A stretch of DNA of 63,253 bases, counting the filler. It is 3 parts of 3 records of this genome, joined end to end, with 100 filler letters (N's around TTAATTAATTAA, not from the genome) between each part and the next. Parts side by side here need not be neighbours in the genome. Positions count along the whole stretch, not along the records: positions 53,885 to 63,253 come from SRR31156797_734; 2 more parts are not named here. The stretch is one strand, 5' to 3'. The position numbers and the translations under genes were made by a program. Shown one piece after another: positions 58,043-63,253 of this stretch (the stretch's first letter is position 1; each line of letters begins with the position of its first letter). The notes under the pieces were generated by a model that had not been told where the DNA came from, did no database searches, and was given only the letters and a program-made list of their open reading frames with translations.

Positions 58043-61000
58043 ATGAATAAAATATCAAAAAATATGATGTTAAGAATTTTTATTATGATCTGTTTTGTTC
58101 TTATTTTCCCTTTCCAGGTGCTTGGAGACGAGGTTAACGTCCGGGTGGAGCACGATGATGATGATGCAGAAGAAAGAATCAGCGACGGGGATATGTACAG
58201 GGACAGTTCCGACCTTGAAATGATTTATGACAGTGATCGTGGTGATCAGGTCATTGGTATCCGTTTTTATGATATCCAGATCCCGAAAGGTGCCGTTATA
58301 AGCAATGCCTATATCACCTTTAAAGCTAAAAACAACGAAAGCAATGACACAGACCTTGTCATTAGAGGTCAGGACAGTGACAATGCCGGTCGCTTTACCA
58401 ACACTGATTATGATATTACAAGCAACGTCACAAGACCCAAAACAGATGCGCAAGTCAACTGGAATAATGTGGCATCCTGGAATAATAATGATGAGTATAA
58501 AACTCCTGATCTTACCGCCATTGTCCAGGAAATCGTCAACAGGCCCGGGTGGTCTTCGGGCAATGCCATGGTTTTTATTATCACAGGGAGCAGTGGAAGT
58601 CAGAGAAGAGCGGACTCCCATGATGGCTCCAGCAGCAGTGCGCCAATACTCCATGTTGAGTTCAGTACTGCTCTTCAACCTTATATTCAGGTGGATACCA
58701 ATACAATTGAGCCGTCTTGTTTTGTTGGAGAAAATCCCCCGGATGACACCTTTACCCTGACAAATACAGGGACAGCTGATCTGAATTACAGTCTTGCCGA
58801 TGACCAGGACTGGTTAAGCCTGTCTCGAAACAGCGGCGTGCTTTCGCCTGGTGCATCCACAGTTATAACAGTTAGCTACACTGCATCTGTAAAACCTGAA
58901 GGTTCATATGATGCCGTCATCACGGTTACCGATACAGGAGGGGAGCCCACATCTCCAAACAGTCCTGAAGAAATCAATGTAACCTTGGAAGTAACGGTCC
59001 CTACAGTGGAAGTTTTTGTCTCTTCTTCCAGTGATGATGCTGAGGAAGGCGAAGCCGGAGGTGTCGATCTGGACAGTACCGACCTTGAACTGGTCCGGGA
59101 TGGTACGGACCAGGTGGTCGGCATCCGTTTCCTGGATATCACGATACCTTCCGGTGCCATGATTACAAATGCATATATTGAATTTGATGTAGATGAAGAA
59201 GAGAATTCAGACTCTATTTCCCTGACCATATATGCCGAGGCACAAGATGATCCTGCCACGTTTTCTGCAACAGCCAATAATATTTCCAGCAGAGACAGAA
59301 GCAATCAGTTTATCGAGTGGAACAGTCTGCCTGCATGGAACCTGGGCGAGAAACATCAAACACCTGATTTAAGCAGCATTGTACAGGAAATCGTCGGGAG
59401 ATCCGGGTGGGCCAGTGGAAACGCCATGGCTTTTATTATTACCGGTTCAGGGGAAAGGGTTGCAGAATCCTATGACGGAGACGGAGGTCCGCAACTGCAT
59501 ATTGAATACATCACTGGCAATTTCCCTTTTATTACCGTAAGCGATAATAATATCGGAGCGGTTTGTTATGAAACTGAAAATCCGGCCTCAAACACATTTA
59601 CGGTTACAAACACAGGAGATGATAACCTGGCATATACCCTGGCCCTGGAAATCGCTGATGGGGGAACATGGGTTTCCGTATCCGACACGGCCCCGGCGGG
59701 CAGCCTTGTCGCCGGAGGATCGGCAAATCATACCCTGACCTATAATACAGCAGGCCTTGCACCGGGAAATTATTATGCAACAATTACCATCGACGGCATT
59801 AACGCCCCTAACAGTGGTTATGAAGTTGATATTGTTCTGACGGTTATGGACTACCCCGAAGGATCCGATTGCGGAGACGTTCCCATTTATGCTGACAATC
59901 TTATCAGTCCGGCCATTCTGGTGTTATTGGATGTTTCATCCAGTATGAGCAGTATGATGAATGTCAACAGTGGCGACAATCCACAATCCCCTGATATCTC
60001 TTCTATCGTTCAGGAGCTTGTGAACCGGGGGGGGTGGCAGTATGAAAACGCCATGGTGTTCATCATCAGCGGGTCCGGCACAAGAACGGCAAGCAGTTTT
60101 GACGGAAACAGCGGCGGTGCCCCTCTGCTGCATGTAGAATTCAATGACGGCGTTGACAAGGAAATTGAAATTCGTGTCTCCCAGGGTACTGATGATGCCG
60201 AAGAAAGTTCGTCCGGAGCAATGGACACTACAAACAGTAGCGACCTGGAACTGGTGGAGGACGGTTCAACCCAGACTGTAGGCCTGCGATTTCAAAATGT
60301 TGCTATTCCCAAAAATGCCAATATTACAAATGCATACCTTGAATTTGAAATTGACGAAGCTGGCAGCAGCACAACAAACCTGACCATCCATGGCCAAGCT
60401 CACGATAACCCGTCAGAATTCACCACAAGCAGTGGAAATATTACAGACCGGAGCAGAACATCGGCATCAATTTCATGGAACAATGTTGAAGCCTGGGAAA
60501 CCGGAGCCCAAATGAGCCGTGTTGATATTGGAAAAGATGTTATCAGTGAACTGGTGAAAGATAGGAGTATTGCATGGGGATACGGAACCTGGAGCGGAAA
60601 ATCAGACACCGGATACACATCAGATATTGATTACACAAAAGTGCATATTGGTTGCAAATTCAATGATGATGAGCACCAGGCCGAACTCCAGACGGCGATA
60701 GGTAATACAGTTTATCATTACGGCACACCGTTTGACCACTCAATTGATGCGGCAAAAGAGTACTTCCTGGGGAATAAAAAGGACCAGGATGGTACAGGGG
60801 ATGAATACCAGACAGTGGATTGTCAGCCCATGTTTTTAATTGACATCACAGATGGGTTAGGCAATGGAACTGTGGACGAGGTTGTCGCAGCAACCAATGC
60901 ACTTTGCGATATTAAGGTCACACCCATTGCCGTCGGATTCGGGATTGATGATGCCACCCAGATAGAGGAGATGGCCAAAGTTGCCAACCAAAGGGGTGAT

Positions 61001-63139
61001 GCATCTGACGACCTGTGGGGCTTACATACGGAAACGGATGGTGTGGGGCAGCCTTTTTATGCAAATAACAGGGAAGAACTGATTACAACCTTATCCGGTA
61101 TCGCACAAACCATTAAGACACTTGTTTTTCATGGTTCTGCTCCGGCGCCGACGACTACGGTGGACCAGGGAGATATCGTGGTGGTGGCAAAGTTTAATGC
61201 CGGTGACTGGTCCGGAGAAATTGAGGCTGTAACACCTGACAGTGATACCGGGCTTTGGGATGATGTTACCTGGAAAGCAACCGAGCAATTACCTGCAACA
61301 AGAAATATTTTCACGGTTGATCCGGATGATGAAACCGAAGTTATCAGATACGAAAGCCTTGCACTTGAGAATGACAATTATTTTGACCCTACAAGCCCGG
61401 ATTTTTTCTGTAAACCTTTCGGCGCATTTATCAATTCAATTCCAATAATTGTTGGAGACCCGGCTTTTTTTTATGAATATGATAACTATAAGGATTTTAA
61501 TCCGACACGTTCTTCCATGATATATATTGGATCAAATGATGGTGCGCTTCACGCTTTTGACCTTGCAACCGGAGAAGAAAAGTGGGCGTTTGTTCCTCTC
61601 AACCTCCATGAAAAGCTAAACAGGGCCAATATTCCGTCTTATGACATATGTAGTGATGACTATTGTCACCAGTACTTTGTTGACGGATCTCCGCAAGTCG
61701 CTGATATCTATGACGGAAGCCAGTGGAAAACCATGCTGGTTTGCGGGGAAGGTGGAGGGGGGGACGCCTATTTTGCAATTGATGTCACATATGGTAATGG
61801 GCACTTGAATTCAACGGAAACAGACTCTGATCAATACATGTGGCAATTCAGGGATACCGACCCTGGCTTAACCACAGACGGCGTGGATAATGACGGGGAT
61901 GGTGATATAGATGAGGCTGATGAGGCTGAAAGCGACAATCAGCTGGGGGAAACATGGGCCGATGTAGCAATCGAACGGGTTGCCCATGGAGCGGATTCCG
62001 CAGTCTGGGGCGTTTTTTTCGGTTCTGGGTATTCCACTGACAATCAGGCAAGTAAAGAGTCCTATTTATATGGAATTTCAGTTGTCGACAAATCCCCATT
62101 GTGGAAAAAGATTGATGAGGGGCTCGAGGTTGATACTAACCGGATAAAATTGTCATCGACTGAGCTGCTAAACGATGTCGCATCTCCTCCCATAGTTGTA
62201 GACTACGAAGGCGATGATATTTTCGATAGTATCTATGTCGGCAACTTATATGGGGAATTGTTTCGTGTTAAAGATATAGGGAAGGGTGATATTCCATCCG
62301 TTTCTATCTTTTTTGACTTCAATCCGGTGAATACTTCGGTAAACACCAATCCAATCACAGCAAAACCGACCTTTGCATATGGAGAGAAAACAGAGACGGA
62401 AACCCATCCGGTCTGGGTTTATTTTGGTACCGGAAGCTATCAGGACCAAGCAGATAAAGTAAATATGAAGCTCCAATATTTTTTCGGCCTCAAAGATGAT
62501 CCCGGGTTACCGTCCTGTTATCGTCATGAGCTGCCCGACACGCCTGAGTCTGACAGGACGGATCCTTCGTTGTGCGGTAACCTTAATAAGCTTGAGGCAA
62601 AATATATTACCGGAACGGTACCCATAGATGATGAAGGGGGAACCGTGACGGTTGAATCCAGGTATATATCAGGATCTCCCCAGGAAGAGCAGCCATGGGT
62701 TGTCCAACTCTATAACGGACAGGCGGATTACGATGGCTCCAGTGGCTTACTGGGAAGCGAGCGCGTGATCAAACAGCCCATTGTGGTGGGCGGCATTGTT
62801 TTTTTTACAACCTTTATCCCTGATCCTAATATCTGCGAAGGCAGCGGTAAAACATGGCTGTTTGCCATTGACTATAACAGCGGGGGAGTCCCTCCTGACC
62901 AGGTTTTTGATCTAAATGATGACGGCAAATACGATGACGATGATATGATTACAGGCCCTGACGGTGATAAATACCAGCCAGTGGCGATTCCAATTGAGGG
63001 CGGTCCCGGTTCCAAGCCGGTTCTGGGTCCGGATGATACAATATTTATTACCACCCCAACCGGTGGATTGGAACCTATCCCGGTCAATATACCGGAAACA
63101 ATGGTCAGTCTAAGATCCTGGAAAAGTATAGACAATTAA
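58043..63139 (+). CDS. pilY1: PilY1/PilC type IV pilus adhesin with repeated N-terminal domains, vWA and beta-propeller
   Basis: Signal peptide; MIDAS DVSSS, GTPF, ITDG; propeller motifs GSNDGALHAF, EKWAFVP, YFVDGSP, YFGTG, VFFTTF; DLNDDG Ca loop. Confidence 0.92.
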   Translation: MNKISKNMMLRIFIMICFVLIFPFQVLGDEVNVRVEHDDDDAEERISDGDMYRDSSDLEMIYDSDRGDQVIGIRFYDIQIPKGAVISNAYITFKAKNNESNDTDLVIRGQDSDNAGRFTNTDYDITSNVTRPKTDAQVNWNNVASWNNNDEYKTPDLTAIVQEIVNRPGWSSGNAMVFIITGSSGSQRRADSHDGSSSSAPILHVEFSTALQPYIQVDTNTIEPSCFVGENPPDDTFTLTNTGTADLNYSLADDQDWLSLSRNSGVLSPGASTVITVSYTASVKPEGSYDAVITVTDTGGEPTSPNSPEEINVTLEVTVPTVEVFVSSSSDDAEEGEAGGVDLDSTDLELVRDGTDQVVGIRFLDITIPSGAMITNAYIEFDVDEEENSDSISLTIYAEAQDDPATFSATANNISSRDRSNQFIEWNSLPAWNLGEKHQTPDLSSIVQEIVGRSGWASGNAMAFIITGSGERVAESYDGDGGPQLHIEYITGNFPFITVSDNNIGAVCYETENPASNTFTVTNTGDDNLAYTLALEIADGGTWVSVSDTAPAGSLVAGGSANHTLTYNTAGLAPGNYYATITIDGINAPNSGYEVDIVLTVMDYPEGSDCGDVPIYADNLISPAILVLLDVSSSMSSMMNVNSGDNPQSPDISSIVQELVNRGGWQYENAMVFIISGSGTRTASSFDGNSGGAPLLHVEFNDGVDKEIEIRVSQGTDDAEESSSGAMDTTNSSDLELVEDGSTQTVGLRFQNVAIPKNANITNAYLEFEIDEAGSSTTNLTIHGQAHDNPSEFTTSSGNITDRSRTSASISWNNVEAWETGAQMSRVDIGKDVISELVKDRSIAWGYGTWSGKSDTGYTSDIDYTKVHIGCKFNDDEHQAELQTAIGNTVYHYGTPFDHSIDAAKEYFLGNKKDQDGTGDEYQTVDCQPMFLIDITDGLGNGTVDEVVAATNALCDIKVTPIAVGFGIDDATQIEEMAKVANQRGDASDDLWGLHTETDGVGQPFYANNREELITTLSGIAQTIKTLVFHGSAPAPTTTVDQGDIVVVAKFNAGDWSGEIEAVTPDSDTGLWDDVTWKATEQLPATRNIFTVDPDDETEVIRYESLALENDNYFDPTSPDFFCKPFGAFINSIPIIVGDPAFFYEYDNYKDFNPTRSSMIYIGSNDGALHAFDLATGEEKWAFVPLNLHEKLNRANIPSYDICSDDYCHQYFVDGSPQVADIYDGSQWKTMLVCGEGGGGDAYFAIDVTYGNGHLNSTETDSDQYMWQFRDTDPGLTTDGVDNDGDGDIDEADEAESDNQLGETWADVAIERVAHGADSAVWGVFFGSGYSTDNQASKESYLYGISVVDKSPLWKKIDEGLEVDTNRIKLSSTELLNDVASPPIVVDYEGDDIFDSIYVGNLYGELFRVKDIGKGDIPSVSIFFDFNPVNTSVNTNPITAKPTFAYGEKTETETHPVWVYFGTGSYQDQADKVNMKLQYFFGLKDDPGLPSCYRHELPDTPESDRTDPSLCGNLNKLEAKYITGTVPIDDEGGTVTVESRYISGSPQEEQPWVVQLYNGQADYDGSSGLLGSERVIKQPIVVGGIVFFTTFIPDPNICEGSGKTWLFAIDYNSGGVPPDQVFDLNDDGKYDDDDMITGPDGDKYQPVAIPIEGGPGSKPVLGPDDTIFITTPTGGLEPIPVNIPETMVSLRSWKSIDN

Positions 63140-63253
63140 AGGCGAGAAAACAGGCGTATTATTTAATTACAATTTTTAAGCCGTTGACAGAACCTACCGA
63201 ATCAAGTATTTGACATTTTAGTTAATCACGGGGGTGCTTTCGTAAAAGCTGAG

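Overview
The window is three unrelated pieces joined by two 100-nt N spacers that carry an artificial TTAATTAATTAA linker (23340-23439, 53785-53884). Piece 1 (1-23339) is a probable integrative element, Desulfovibrio-like by protein character (inference). It starts at a 3' fragment of tRNA-Arg(CCT) and encodes a tyrosine integrase, a Fic protein, and two related primase-ATPase proteins, one with intact motifs and one with both active sites apparently erased. It also carries a candidate iteron origin, a ~2020-aa nuclease-STAND NTPase (Avs-like defence candidate), a cluster of small membrane proteins, an XRE-ERF-AAA-DUF3150-vWA operon and a second recombinase. Piece 2 (23440-53784) is mostly ordinary Bacteroidales-type chromosome (queD, ftsX, uppP, truB, queA, photolyase, pfkA, cysH, S41 protease, BlaI/M56, NtrC-type two-component pair). 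Its accessory features are a RAYT transposase with three REP hairpins, a ParDE module and an unannotated small membrane peptide. Piece 3 (53885-63253) has IS remnants and two MITE-like units upstream of a type IV pilus minor pilin cluster (fimT-pilW-pilV-pilX-pilY1). Its PilY1 has a circularly permuted repeat domain inserted in the vWA domain. All family assignments come from reading motifs by eye; no database search was run.
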